Source of the DNA: Azolla caroliniana
Lineage: Eukaryota; Plantae; Polypodiophyta
Direction: 5' to 3'
Assembly (NCBI GenBank): GCA_043228905.1
Contig: JBHGNT010000018.1
Location: forward strand, 6,386,001-6,450,000
Length of the DNA stretch: 64,000 nt
Shown: piece by piece, positions 19,301-33,100 of the stretch
Layout: the number at the start of each line of letters is the position of its first letter
Position numbering within the stretch: the first letter of the stretch is position 1
Made by a program: the position numbers and the translations under genes
The notes under the pieces: model-generated
Seen by the model: the letters and a program-made list of their open reading frames with translations, nothing else
Database searches by the model: none
Told to the model about the DNA's origin: nothing

Positions 19301-21429
19301 GAGGAACCAGCTAGTTACGGTGAGGATACCGAACCGGTAGAAGAAGAAGTAGAGGAAGCTGAAATCGGAACCGGCCAAGACCCCGAATCGGATTCGGATG
19401 AAGAACAAATAGTGGAGCCGGTTGCCGAAGGCCAAAGACAGAGATATCCTCTCAGAGAGAGAAGGCCCCCCCGGAGATTTCCGGATGCAGAGCATGTGCG
19501 ACTAACCGATGAGGGAGAGCCGGAAACCTTCGAAGAAGTGAAGGATGACACCCATAGCCTCAAATGGTTAAGTGCCATGCAGGATGGATTCCCTGCATGA
19601 GAACCATACGTACGAATTGGTGGAGTTGCCGAAAGGAAAGAGGGCACTCCGAAACAAGTGGGTGTACAAGTTGAAACCGGGAGATGCCGGCAACCCCCCG
19701 AGATACAAAGCCAGGATCGTGGTGAAGGGGTTCCAACGGAAGAAGGGCGTGGACTTCGACGAGATATATGCCCAGGTAGTAAAGATGACCTCCATCTAGA
19801 CGGTGTTGAGTATAGCGGCAAGCATGGACCTCGAGGTAGAGCAGCTGGACGTGAAGACAACATTCCTTCACGGTGACCTCGAAGAGGAGATCTACATGCA
19901 AAAACCGGAAGGATTCGTGGAGAAAGGAAAGGATCACCTGGTTTTCCGGTTGAAGAAGAGCCTGTACGGATTGAAGCAGGCTCCCCGACAATAGTACCGG
20001 AAGTTTGACTCTTTCATGACCGATCAAGGGTACCACAAGACGCAGGCCGATCACTGCGTGTTTGTGAAGAAGTTCGAAGGAGGCGATTTCCTGATACTCC
20101 TTCTGTACGTGGACGACATGTTGATCGTCGGATGGAACCAAGCCAAAATACGGATGCTGAAGAAGGCTCTCAACCGAACCTTCTCAATGAAAGACTTGGG
20201 TCCGACAAGACAAATGTTGGGGATGCATATCATCCGGGACCGGCCAACGAAGCAATTGTGGCTGTCACAGGAGAAATACGTGACAAAGGTGCTTTAGCAG
20301 TTCAACATGTTAGAAGCAAAACCGGTCGGATCGACACTACCAGCAAACTGCAAATTATCCGCTAAGCAAAGCCTGAAGACGAAAGAAGAGAAGGCAGATA
20401 TGATGAAGGTTCCATATGCCTCTACCGTCGGGAGCTTGATGTACGCAATGGTGTGTACTCGGTCGGATATTGGATACACAGTCAGAGTGGTGAGCCGGTT
20501 TATGAGCAATCTCGGCAAGGAGCACTGGAATGCGGTCAAATGGATACTCCGGTACTTGAAGGGCACTTCGAATATGTGTCTCCGATTCGGCTCCGGTAAA
20601 CCTCAACTTGACGGTTTTACTGATTCGGACATGTCAGTTGATGTGGATACCAGCCGGTCTACATTTGGGTATGTAATGACATATGCAGGGGGAGCTGTTT
20701 CATGGCAGTCGAGGCTGCAAAAGACGATTGCGTTGTCAACCACGGAGGCGGAGTACATGGTGGCTGTGGAAACCGGCAAGGAAATATTATGGATGAAGGA
20801 CTTCATCGGTGAGCTCGGTATATGGCAAGATGAATACCGGCTCTATTGCGACAATCAAAGTGCCATCCACCTTGCTAAGAACGCAGCGTACCATTCTAGG
20901 ACGAAGCACATCCAACGTAGGTATCACTGGATCTGGGAGCGAGTAGAAGATCGAGAGTTCGCGCTGACGAAGATCCACACGGCCAAGAACTGGTCAGATA
21001 TGCTGACCAAAGTACTGATACTTGACAAACTGGATGCATGTCAAAAGTGGATCGGACTAGTAAGAAATCCCATGCCGTAGTGAAGGGGGAGTTTGTTAGG
21101 AAACAGGTCCCTCGGATGGGAAATGACGAGTACCCGGCAACGGAAGACCCGGTGAGAACCGGATGTGGAGTACCCGGCAACGGAAGACCCGGTGAGAACC
21201 GGATGATGAGTACCCGACAAGGAAGACCCGGTGAGAACCGGATGTTGCAGGCCCGGTGAGAACCTCTCATCGGATGGAAGGGACATATATGTAAATATGT
21301 TCCAGAGAGCCCACTGGGGCTATATTTGTAAATAGCCCGAAAGTCATATCAGTATAAATATGACCTAGGGCAAACTTAAGAAGTATGATGTAGAGTTGGT
21401 TGTATTATTATCGTTGTGGCAAAAATTCA
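16374..21429 (+). mobile_element. Ty1/Copia family A element (Tnt1-like), 3' LTR truncated
   Basis: 5' LTR 16374-17034, PBS TGGTATTAGAGC, PPT GAAGGGGGAG. 3' LTR from 21094 breaks off at 21429 into family B gag. Confidence 0.93.
17066..21080 (+). pseudogene. Copia gag-pol polyprotein (Gag, protease, integrase, RT, RNase H) with stops and a frameshift
   Basis: CFYCGKPGHF knuckle, VVDSGASFH, LELVHTD...ADNGGEY...[42 protein letters not shown] in Copia domain order. Confidence 0.95.
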
Positions 21430-23557
21430 TATCATGTAATCGGCCATAGACAAATCTTTCTGTTGGACATTCCTGAGCTCCTGCTTGAACTGCAGCTTCC
21501 TGGCCATTGTGCTAGCGGCGAAAATCCCCTTGAGATTCACCCATGCGTCCTTTGGCGTCTTAGCATCCCGAATGTAGCTCAAGAGCTGGTCACTCACACA
21601 AGACGCGAAGCACTAAAGAACTCTGCTTGCCGCTTGTTCCCAAGCCGAAAAATCTCTGTGTGTCGATTCGGGCGTTGTATCATTAGCTCCTTCGAGATAA
21701 CTCTAGTAACCATGACCAAGCAGGTACTGGTGCATCTTGTACAACCAAGATGCGTAGTTGCTCCTCTCGAGCTTCTTAGTCGGTCGATAGTGAGCTTCCC
21801 ATTCCTCTGTCCATATTGCTGTCTTATCCTTTCCAAAAAACAATAACTTAACTCTGTCTTTATCGCAAGCTTTTCTGTCGGCTGAAGAGGAGTCTCAACC
21901 CTCGTGCTTTGATACCATGTAAAAGAATACATGTGCGGAAGCGTGTGCGTAAGACATAGAGTACACAGTTCGGAAGTATGATAGTTTGGTAAAATGCAGA
22001 AATGACAGAGAGAGAGAGCAGAAACGAAACTATATTCAAAAAATAATTCTTTGTATGTTCTCTGTACGTACTTCGTGCTTAGTGAGCACCTTTTATACAA
22101 GCCCTGACTATTGGGCTGACACAAGTACTGACAGTACTTGACTGCTCATAAATGAGCCTTCTACAATAACTTCCAAAATTATTCCTTACGAGGAATAACG
22201 TTCTAACGACGTCTCGATTTATGCACCGCTACGACCATGTTGTGCGTACGGTTTTACGCACCTAGTCTACGCACTGGGTTACGCACCCATTTACGCAACC
22301 AATGTTGAGTTTATATCTCAACAAATAACAACTGGAGAAAGCTTGCCAGATCTTTGATAAGTACTTCCATATGATATGAGCTATAGGGCATTTAATGAAC
22401 CTATGTGTACCAACTTCCAAATGGAGTGGTACCAAAAGATGCATGTACATGATCCCAATCGTAGTCTCCTTAAGGTTGAACCAAATGGGAGCCCACTAAT
22501 CATGACTCCATATGCATGTACCTTTGCATGAAATGGCAAAAGGGAATGCCAACCATTTTGCAATATTTGCCAACACCATGCATTTCACTTACATACATTC
22601 CACATATTTTTAGCTTTAGGTGATACCCAAGATAATGATTCCACTACATGATGACACAATATATTTGTGGTCACCTACAACAAGTGTGTACCCTCATTTA
22701 ACCGCTAATCCACCTAATGAGCGCCATTTTCCTTTATTGGCAAATATCCATGCTACAATTGTATATCTTGTAATTTCTCCTAAATAAGTCTATATTGCGG
22801 GCGAATACATAAATGTGCCCATTGAAAAAAAGATAAGGCATCGTGCCAAGACCTGAACAATTGTTGAGCACATACATAATGTTGAATCTTGAGAGGAGTG
22901 CATCTATTTAGCAATGGCCACCACAATGCTCGAGTCTTAGTTTTTCCATGCACTAATCCTTCTCGTTCAATAAAATATTACATCAAAGGTATCAACAATT
23001 AATTTTGGTGACACATATTTTGTAATAATACAAATCTATGGGCCATCAAGTGCATTTCCAAATTTAATATTGCGGCAACACCTAACTGTTTGGAAGTAGC
23101 CAAATCCCGGGGGCTCCACTATATATAAAGAGGTTGTATCACGTGCGTTCATGACATCTTTTATAAACCCCTTATACGTATGTTTATTATTATTTTAGAG
23201 ACCCTTTTGTAAAAAAACAATTAATAAAAATACCGCTTAATGTAAATATATTTTTTAACAACTCTTTTTAAATGCCCTTACATAGAAAACACATGTATGT
23301 TCAATACATGTGTGTATGTATATATTGTATTGTATTGCATCTGTTGTATATATTTTGTGTATGGGTTATGTGTATGTATTTTAACATGTATGTATTGTAT
23401 TCCATGTTTATATATGCATATATTGTACTGTATTGCATGTGTTGTATATATTTTATGTATGGCATGTGTGTATGTATCTATGTGTTATATGTGCATGTAA
23501 GTGTAATGATATGTGTGTGTATATGTTTGTGCATGCGTGAACGCGTTTTATACATGT

Positions 23558-23640
23558 CACTACAACAAAATACACTAGTAGTGATGCCAAAACACATCAT
23601 TATTGGCACTGCTTATATACCATCATTGTGCAACACCTTT
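23558..23640. mobile_element. Probable CACTA (En/Spm) terminus
   Basis: CACTACAACAAAA starts exactly where the TATG tract gives way to cargo. No partner end found. Confidence 0.45.
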
Positions 23641-26254
23641 TGAAAACATTAAATTTTGCTTTTACTATTTTTAATAATAATAATAATCTTCTCTTTATTT
23701 CTTTTTTAAAAATATATGTTTGTATGTGTCGATGTATGTATGTTTGTTTGCATGTATATTAGTGTGGAGCATATGTGTCTTCAAACCATCTTCGAAGAAG
23801 GATCACCATCTAAGCACTAAGCATGAAAGGTTATCTTCATTCCATGCCTACGTAACAATGCATATATCGTGGCTTCTTGGAAGTGAAAAACAATATATCT
23901 AAAAGAGCATATATAATAACAAGAATACTACACTATGAGATGTCCAAGAATCATTCACAACATTCAACTTGAGCAAGAACTTCACCATATAAAAACGTTG
24001 CAATGCTACAACAAACACACTAAGTTTTCTCTAAGAAAAATTGAGCATTTGAGTCCCTAAATTGTTACAATGAAATCACTCACACAATACTTTTAACCTA
24101 TAAAACATATTCTCTTCCATAGCCATAGTCATTAATCTCTCTACAACAGAAACAAAGTTTTGCAAGAAAAGTAGTGTTGGGTTATCATCAATGTAAATAT
24201 GATCAAGCTTCATGTACATGCCCTTTATCATAGTCCTTATGAAATCTAACATTTGCAAACCTACACACAAAAAAAACACGCTTTACTTCTTTGTCGAGCA
24301 CCATTGTTCAATAAGTTGAAAACCTATAGAGTAACAATAAGAAACCAAAGGTTAATATATTGTTCTAATGAAATAACACAATCAAAATGATAGTTGCAAA
24401 CAAAAGATGTAGAGTAATAATCAAGAGCATGAATCATTATACCTTCACCTCTTAAGTAATGCTACAATCTTGATCCCATGCACAATAAAATCAACTTTTT
24501 TGGTCCATAATAAAATTTGCAACAAACAAAAGATATAGAGTAATAATCAAGAAGCATCAATCATTATACCTTCATCTCCTAAGTGATCATGTGCACAATA
24601 ACATCAACTTATGTGGTCCATAATATATATGCAACACATAACTATTTATAACCGTGTATGGATGCATGCCTAATGGTTTTCGTATTACTATATATGTCTC
24701 AATGAGCTCACTTTTCTACAAGCCATCAATGCCGGAAGCCTGAATTAACGAAGCCTACTTCCTTATAGTTTCAAAGGAAACTCCAACATTGCAAGAATTA
24801 TTCAGGGTCAACACACTCATATATGTCATTTCTTGCCCAAATAAACACATGCTTCAATCTCTTCCATTGTTCGTATGTTATCGTGCCACCTTGAATAGCA
24901 AAAAAATTTGGAAACGAAATTTGTTCATTTAGTAAAGAAATTTGGAAACGAAACAAGAGAATGGAACTTCATGTTTGGGTTAGCAGATTAAAATTATCGT
25001 TAATATAACACATATCAACAAGATCTATGACCTTTCTGGCAAAGATATCACAAAATAAATTAAGTGTTTTTTATGTGCACCTCAGTGTTGGTTGGTCAAG
25101 ATTCAAATGGCATGGCATACACTCTTTGGAAGTTGTATTGGTCCGTCGTCTTTCTTTTTTAGATGATGGTAGATGTGGATTCAAGCTTGCATTCGCATGA
25201 AAGCTTGCACAAATCACAACAAACTCTTGTTCAATTGTCACTAGAGTCTCTGGCCTCTATTGTCAATCACTTCTTGAAGTTGCATGAGGTTTCTCAAGAC
25301 CGAAAGAGCTAGTCTTTCATGTGAAATTACAATAGCAAATACACAAAGTAACATGGCAAAAAAAACATTCGAGAGAATGCTCCAAATGCATGTGTGCATG
25401 CATTCATACATGCATACAAACACAACCATGGACATGCATATGCAAATACACATACATGCATGCACATGCATACACATACACATACAAACATCGTTATAAA
25501 CTGATATGGTACTAAACTAAGAACCTTCATGTTTGCAATGTCACCTTCCCTCATGTTTTCCACATCATTATTTCCTACATCCTCCTCCTCCTCCCCCTCT
25601 TCACCACAAACACTTGATTGATCATCGATCAAGTGACAATATTTCCACAAGACCCTCCAATTAATCTGATTTTTGGGGTATCCTTGCGAAGAAAATTCAT
25701 AGACCGAAGTTTTGAATATATAATTAACATGATAATATATACAAGGCTATATAGAAATCAAAGTGAAATAAAAAGAAACCAAAAACAGGAACAATAAAAT
25801 TTCCGCAAAAGCTAAAGCTGTTATAATACAATTTAAAGATGCAAGATTGTAAAAATCAATTGAAAAATTACATGTGAAAAAAAGAAAACCAAATAATTCT
25901 TAAAATAAATGTTTTGTTTACAAAATTAGCAATCCTAAGCATTTCAAGATTATATAGAGAACAATGGAAAAATCGATGTAAAAAACAAAAAACGAAAGTT
26001 CACACATTAGAACTTATCCTTCTCTCCCACCTTCTTGTAACTCGTCTTGCACATCCTTGCTCGCTAGAGGTGGACTTCTTCGAAGACGAGGTCGATCACG
26101 CTCATGGTGCTCTCTCTCTCTCTCTCTAGAATCATCTCTTTAGGGATATCAGTTTTTTTCCCATCTGAACCATACAAAAGGCCTCGAGTAACAAAAGCAA
26201 AAAGGAAGTCAATACTCAATTTGCAAACAAAAGTTTGTAAAGTTTTCATTTTGT

Positions 26255-26753
26255 TTACTTCCTCCAATTTTGCGAATCCAAGCCACCACTTGAATACCTA
26301 TTATTACCCCCACCATAACCACCAATGTGATTGTTGCCACCATAGCCACCATTTCCACCACCATTGGCATCATTATAGCCATCGGCACGGCCACTACCAC
26401 CATATCCATCGTTTCCTCCATCTGATCTCTCCTTGCTACCATAACTTCCACGATCTCCATATCGTAAACCACCACCTCTATTGGAGGCATGATAGCCTCC
26501 ATCATCCCGCCGGATCTTGGTTCATAGTAATGTTGCTTCCATTAAGCTCTTTTCCATTCATCGACTCAATCGCTTGCTCATTAGAGAATGTCACAAAGCC
26601 AAAACCTCGTGATCATCTTGTTTCATAACCATTGATAAGCTTGGAGTTGATAACTTCACCGAAGTATCGAAAGGCATCGGCAAGGCTGCGATCATCGATG
26701 GTCCATGCGAGACCTCCGACGAAGCAGTAATACTCGAGATCTACAATAGTCAT
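26255..26753 (-). pseudogene. Glycine-rich RNA-binding protein (GRP7/GRP8-like RRM) intronless pseudogene
   Basis: My translation: MTIVDLEYYCFVGGLAWTIDDRSLADAFRYFGEVINSKLINGYETR*SRGFGFVTFSNEQAIESMNGKELNGSNITMN, then a frameshifted GGYGG-rich tail ending NWRK*. RNP2 (CFVGGL) and RNP1 (RGFGFVTF) are present. Confidence 0.92.
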
Positions 26754-26778
26754 GGAAGCTTTGAGGTGGGAGGAGGAG

Positions 26779-28550
26779 TATGGCATGTGTGTGTGTATGT
26801 TCTATATACATATGTGTATATGTGTATGTGTACATACATGTATATATATGGGTGTGTCTATTCTATATATATATGCATATGTACTGTATTGCATATGCGT
26901 GCGTGTGTGTGTGTGATATGTGTACATTTGTAAGTGAATATATATGTGCATGTTGTATTGTATTAATTGTATGATGTATCTATTGTATATACCTATGCAT
27001 TGTATGTATGGGATGTGTGTATGTATGTATTGTATTGCATGTGTTGTATGTATTCTATATATGACATGACATTGTGTGTAAGTTTAGATGTGTATATTGG
27101 ATCCATTATATGTTCAATGAATATATGAATGTACATATGTGTATATATGTAATATGTAATGTATACATATGTTTGTATGTGCATGCATACATGTGTGTTT
27201 GTAATATGTATATATTATGTACGTATTGTAATTTGTAGTTTGTATGACCTCGTATGACCTATATATATGGTGATATGTGGAATATGTATGTAATGCATAT
27301 ATATGTGTGTATGTGTATGGATGTATGTTTGTAAAATTTATACGTGTATCATTGTAGGCATATGTACGTATATATGTTTAGCAATGTATGAATGCATATA
27401 TGTATGTCCATGTACAAATGTATATATATGTAATATATAATGTATTTATGTATGTATATTTTTGGGGTATTTTAGTGTTTAGTATGTGTATGGCTCATAT
27501 TTAGATGTATGTTTGCAATACGCACATAATATGTATGCATGTGTGTGTGTACGTAATGTAGTTTGTATGACCCCGTATGACCTATATATATGGTGATATG
27601 TGGAAGATGTATGTACATGTAACATATGTAATGTAGGTATGTATGTTCATGCATATTTCAATGTACATGATTCAATGTGTATGGATGTGTGCTTGTAATT
27701 TGTGCAATGTGCATAATATGTATGTATATATCTAATGTATGTATGTGTATGTATATGTACTATTGTAGTATGTATAATTGTGTGTGTGTATGTGGTGATA
27801 TATATGTACATATGTATGGAATGTATGTATGTGTATGTATGTATGTTTATATGTGTGACATTGTAGGCATATGTACGTATATACATGTAGCAATGTATGA
27901 ATGTATGTATGTGTATATATGTTATGTATTTATGTATGTATATTTTCAGTGTATTTTAATGGTTAGTATATGTATATAGCTCATATATGGATGTATGTTT
28001 GTAATATTCATATAATATACATGTATATATCTGATGTATGTGTAAGTATACATATATCCAATGTGTGTATGAATGTATATATGTATGTAAGTATTGTAGA
28101 TTGTATGGTTTCGTATAACCTATATGTATGGTGATATGTGGAATATGTATGTGTGTGTGTGTGTGTAAATTTGTATATCATATAATATGTATGGATTATA
28201 TGATATGTAGTATGTAATTTATTTATGCGTGCGTGTGTAATATATGTACCTTGTTTGTATGTATGTGAGTTTGTAATACATATAATATGTAATCTTATAT
28301 ACTTATGTGTATGTGTATGTGTATATATAATATATAATTTATTTATGTTTGATATTTATATATGTTTTTGTATACTTTTGTATAACTGTGCGTATAATAA
28401 TATATGCGTGTAATATGTAATACATAAAATATGTTTGTAAGAATGTGTATGTATAAATGTAATATGTAATTTTTATGTGTGTATCATGTATATATGTATG
28501 TCAATATATATGGCTTATTCTGATATGTATGTAACATGTATGCATATATA

Positions 28551-28586
<36 letters not shown>

Positions 28587-28745
28587 TGTATGTATGTATG
28601 TATGTATATATGCATGTATTTATATATGTAGTATATAATGTATTTACATTTGGTAATATATACTTGTACAAATATAATATATTCATGAATCATGGATGTA
28701 ATGTTTAAATGGAGGTATATATGAATGCATGTATATGTATGTATG
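26779..28745. repeat. TATG/TG-rich degenerate alternating purine-pyrimidine tract (body of hAT copy 1)
   Basis: Low complexity with higher-order repeats such as GTATGACCTATATATATGGTGATATGTGGAA. Alignable to 59190-62500. Confidence 0.9.
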
Positions 28746-29429
28746 CTACTCCAAATTTAAGCATTGTTTGCATAATATATGTTTTACTATCTCATTGAAA
28801 TATTTAATATTTCATGGGCTTATGTAATTTTTTTCTCTAACTTAATTGATAATACCCTTATGTAAATATATTTTCAAATATTTATTTATACCCTTATATA
28901 TATACATTCTGTATCTCAGTGGTCAATTAAAACCCCTTTTGATGAACTCACGTGCTATCATACAAGTATTGACAATGAAGCCCCCTGGAGCCAAATGATC
29001 CCATGAAATCTATTAACTCCAATATTTTTCCCCTTCCACTACAACATGAATTGCAAGGTTGCAACAATGTTTGTAATGCCTTCTTAGTCTAACTGAACAA
29101 TGGTAAGAAATATAATACCATGGGTACCACGATATATTGCACCATTGTCAGTCACACACGAAATCACCATAATTGAGACTTTCAATGCATAAATTTGTCC
29201 TTCCCATTGAATCGAATTAAACCACATGCAACATTAACAAACAATGAATATGCAAATGGTTATAAATAAATTGATCCTCGTGAAACCATTGGTCCTTGTC
29301 ATCCCAACCATTCCAAATCACTGTCAATACAAGAAATAATGCGAGAGTTCTTCCAATTTATATGTGACCTTAAAGCCAAGGTAAATTGATCCCAAACATG
29401 CTTATTCCTTTCAAGATTCTCTCTCTCTT

Positions 29430-29750
29430 TTGGTGGAAACACAATTATATTAATAAATGTGTGTGAAAAAAAATACTTACAATAGGTGCGACAATGGAGT
29501 ATGGTCACCCATTAATTACACGACATGGGTAGTGGAACATCTTGATTTGCCAATAGGCAAGACGAACACTCAATTGAGCAAAGAATTTCCACTTGCTCTA
29601 ATAAAGAAAATTGCCACATTAGTACTCCCTTCAACACTCGTAGAAATGCTTTCACTCCATGTCTACCATCGAATACAAAAGCGTTGCACATGTCCCAATT
29701 ATGATGCAATCCCTAATATGTAAGAAATAGGAAAACGACCTCCATCTCTG
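29430..29750 (-). mobile_element. L1-like LINE 3' end fragment
   Basis: Minus-strand NWDMCNAFVFDG resembles the L1 W..RN..VF motif. Paralogous to 47434-47544 plus 62749-62935. Confidence 0.6.
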
Positions 29751-30145
29751 TCTCTCTCGACCAAGCCCAATCCTTGCATGAATTTCTCTTACAACCACAA
29801 TGTGCACTCTTATTGCAACATTCATTGGTAAAGTTCTTGAACATTGAGAGTCGCTACTTGTGCGGAAAATAGCGCTCGGCCACAACTGAGTCTTAAACAA
29901 TGAATGGAAGGAAAACAAGCTAACAACTAGATGGCACAGGATGTTTACGTGGAACCCCTAAATGGGAAAAAACCACGGGAGCCCACGGACTCCAACTATC
30001 ACTTTGAGGGAAGGAATACAATGTGAGACTCAGAGGCAACGACCTCGAGCTCTATGTCTTCGCCAACCGGCAGTTACAACAGAAAACTCGTTTTGTGTGT
30101 ATGTGTGTGTGTGTGTGTGTGTGTGCACTGTGTACACACTCTATC

Positions 30146-33100
30146 TATTGGGAATATGTCCCTCCAGTGGGAGGAAGAACCGACTAATCGGAAAGCCAAC
30201 AATCGATGATAGGGAAGATCCGAATGTTCGGAAAGCCGACAGTCGAAGAGTCGAAAACAATGAGTTGACAGTTTGAAGATTTGACTATTATTATTATAGT
30301 AATAATAATAATGATGATGTTAGGAAACAAGTCCCTCTAGATGGGAAAGAGAGAGGAGCCGAGTTGATGAGTGACTTGGCCAAGGCTGAAACCAGAAACG
30401 TGTATATAGCCAACTCGGGAGACTACAATTGTAAATAGTCTAACTGTGCGCCCCATGAGGGCTACGTATGTAAATAGCTAGAAAGTTGTGTAAGTATATA
30501 TACAACTAGGGCAAACTTTATGTGAGTGACGAACAGAGAAGTGTAATAGGGAGAGAGAGAGAGAGAAGCATGAACCGCACCATAGTTGTGTGAGCAACAG
30601 CAGACGCAAAGAGCCCTGTGTGGCTGATACACTCGACAGAGTGTTGTAATCATCTCTATGTTGTATATCCACTTTGTATAGTGAAGATTCTGTTCTCCCG
30701 TGGTTTTTCCCCGTTTTAGGGTTTCCACGTAAATATCTGTGTATAGTCGTTTATCTTGTCTTTCTCGCATTCGGGTGTGATTCGTATTTCAGCTTCGTCT
30801 GTTTATTGTGATCTATTCCGCAACGATTTCTCAACAAACTGGTATTAGAGCTTGAGGTGCAAGCATGGAAGGAGGTGTTAGCGGTTTCCCATGTATGATA
30901 GTTCTAAACTCTCAGAACGATGCAGATTGGAAGATAAAGATGGAAGACCTTCTCATAGTTAAAGACCTGTACGAGCCAGTCGACAAAGCAGAAGTACCCA
31001 GGGGGGTATTGGAATGGGACTGGAAGCTTCTAAATAGGAAGGCGGTGGCCACAATTCGACAATGTGTCGATGTAAGTGTCCTTCAGCATGTGGCAAACGA
31101 CACGAATGCCCACGAGATGTGGTAGAAGCTGTTGGGTTTGTACGAGAGGAAGAACGCGCTAAACAGAACCTCGTTAATGAGAAAAATCGTACGGATGAAA
31201 TACAGGGATGGTGAGAGCATCGTCGAACTCATCAGCACATTCATGGGGTATGTGAATCAACTTGTAGCGACCTAGTTTCCCTTGGATGATGCAATGCAGG
31301 CCATCCTGTTGATGTGCACACTGTCGGAAAGCTGGGAGAACCTGGTGGTTACTCTTAGCACCTCCTATCAAGAAGAGAACTTGTCTTTACAGACGGTGAA
31401 GACAAGCATCCTAAACGAGGAGGCAAGGAGGAAAGACAACGGAGTCCTATCCCAAATGGAGTCGAATCTAACTCAACATATGGACAGAGGAAGAGACCGG
31501 CGAAGAAGAAGTCAGCAGCGAACGAACAAATCCCATGCCAGATCGAAGTCCAGAGGTAAGACTGTGTGCTTTTATTGTGGAGAACCTGGACACTTCCAGA
31601 AGGACTGCCGACACATGAAGAAAGACAAGAGTGTCAGAAACAATGTCGAAGCCCGGAAGATTCCGGATGACAAGAACACTTCAGCCATTGCTACGAGCAA
31701 TGAAGAACTCTTGTTCTTTTGTGAACAGATGAGTGCAAATCTTGCGAGTGAAGATTGCATGTGGATCATCGACTCCGGCGCATCCTTCCATATTACGTCA
31801 TCGAGAGAGTACTTCTCGACTTACATAGTCGGGGATCATGGCTATGTAAAGATGGGTGATAGTGGAGAGTGCAAGATAACCGGAGTCGGAAGTGTGTGCT
31901 TAACGACGTCGACAGGGTGTCGACTAACCTTGAAGGATGTTTGACACGTCCCCAATATAAGATTGAATCTAATATCGACTGGAAGGCTTGACGACGAAGG
32001 CTACAATGGTAGCTTTCGGAATGGCAAGTGGAAGTTCTGCCGTGGAAATCTCATAGTGGCCTGAGCATAGAAAGAAGGCACATTGTACATGATGCATGCC
32101 CGACTGTGCAAATCAGAAGTAAACGTGGCAGTAGACTCGACAGGGGAGATATGGCATAAGAGGCTAGGCCATATGAGTGAGAAGGGAATGCACCTATTAG
32201 CAGACCATAAACTTCTACCAGAACTCAAGGGAGTACACATGGAGAAGTGTGTCGACTGCTTAGCCGGAAAGCAGAATAGGGCGGCATTCCACTCGAGACC
32301 ACCGAGGAGAAGAGAAGCTGCATTGGAACTAGTACACATGGACGTGTGCTATGTGGATGCCCCATCGCATCAAGGAGGACAACACTTTGTGACATTCATT
32401 GACGACCATAGTTGGAAGACATGGGCCTTCGTATTGAAGACGAAGGATCAAGTACTGTCGGCTTTCAAGGAGTTCCAGGCAAGAACCGAAAGAGAGTCGG
32501 GTTGGAAACTGAAGGTTGTCCGAACCGACAACGGTGGCGAGTACAAAGGGTAGTTCGAGGAATATTGCAAGTGCCAAGGTATTCGGATCGAATACACAGT
32601 GCCAAAGACCCCAGAGTTGAACGGGCTTGCAGAGAGGATGAATCGAACGATCTAGGAGAGAGTGAGGAGCATGCTCTCTCATGCGAAATTGCCAAAATCC
32701 TATTGAGCTGAGGCGATGTACACAGTTGTTTATCTGATCAACAGGTCTCCCTCAATACCTCTAAAGGGTGATGTCCCACAGAGGGTGTGGATAGGGAAGG
32801 ATGGCTCCTACCAACACCTAAGGGTGTTTGGATGTTTGGCGTATATGCATGTACCAAAGGATCAGAGGTCAAAGCTCGACAACAAGTCGAAAGCATGCAT
32901 ATTCATGGGATACTCGAAAGATGAGTTCAACTACAGGTTGTGGGACTTAGTCGACAAGAAGTTAGTGAGAAGCCGGGATGTAAGTCTTTCTAGAAGACAA
33001 GACAATTGAAGACTGGAAGCAACAGAAGTCAGAACCGACTCTCCAGTCAACCTCGACTACCATCAACTTAAGGCCAAGTGAGTCGTCATCGGAAGCTGTA

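Larger units (their letters stand above)
12327..22323 (-). mobile_element. Ty1/Copia family B host element, fragmented by three insertions and several deletions
   Basis: 5' LTR 21918-22323, PBS TGGTATCAAAGC near 21906-21917, gag 21430-21800, integrase/RT pieces 15892-16373, RT-RNase H 12331-13329 (GYTDVDWAG...SKKQPTV.LSS.EA.Y...HTRTKHIEVHYHF). Confidence 0.82.
23106..28988. mobile_element. Non-autonomous hAT-type element with CCCGGGGG termini, TATG-rich body and captured cargo (copy 1)
   Basis: Left end CCCGGGGGCTCCACT, right end AATGAAGCCCCCTGG. Perfect 8-bp TSD AGCCAAAT (23098-23105, 28989-28996). Both ends homologous to 47545-62740. Confidence 0.9.
22324..29430 (-). mobile_element. Degenerate L1-like LINE ORF2 remnant, split by the hAT insertion at 23106-28988
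   Basis: Minus-strand HRFIKCPIAHIIWKYLSKIWQ (zf-RVT-like). Across the hAT site reads SWDHLATSKQLGVAAILNL, similar to the L1 W...PK..GGLGI motif. Boundaries approximate. Confidence 0.6.

Noticed and set aside
26104-26628. 174-aa His-rich plus-strand ORF
   Set aside because: It is the antisense reading of the GGT/GAT-rich GRP pseudogene tail.
26780-28700. Many Cys/Val/Met/Tyr- or His/Thr/Ile-rich ORFs (also 23272-23643, 47679-48360, 59000-60980)
   Set aside because: Artefacts of translating stop-poor TATG/TG low-complexity DNA.
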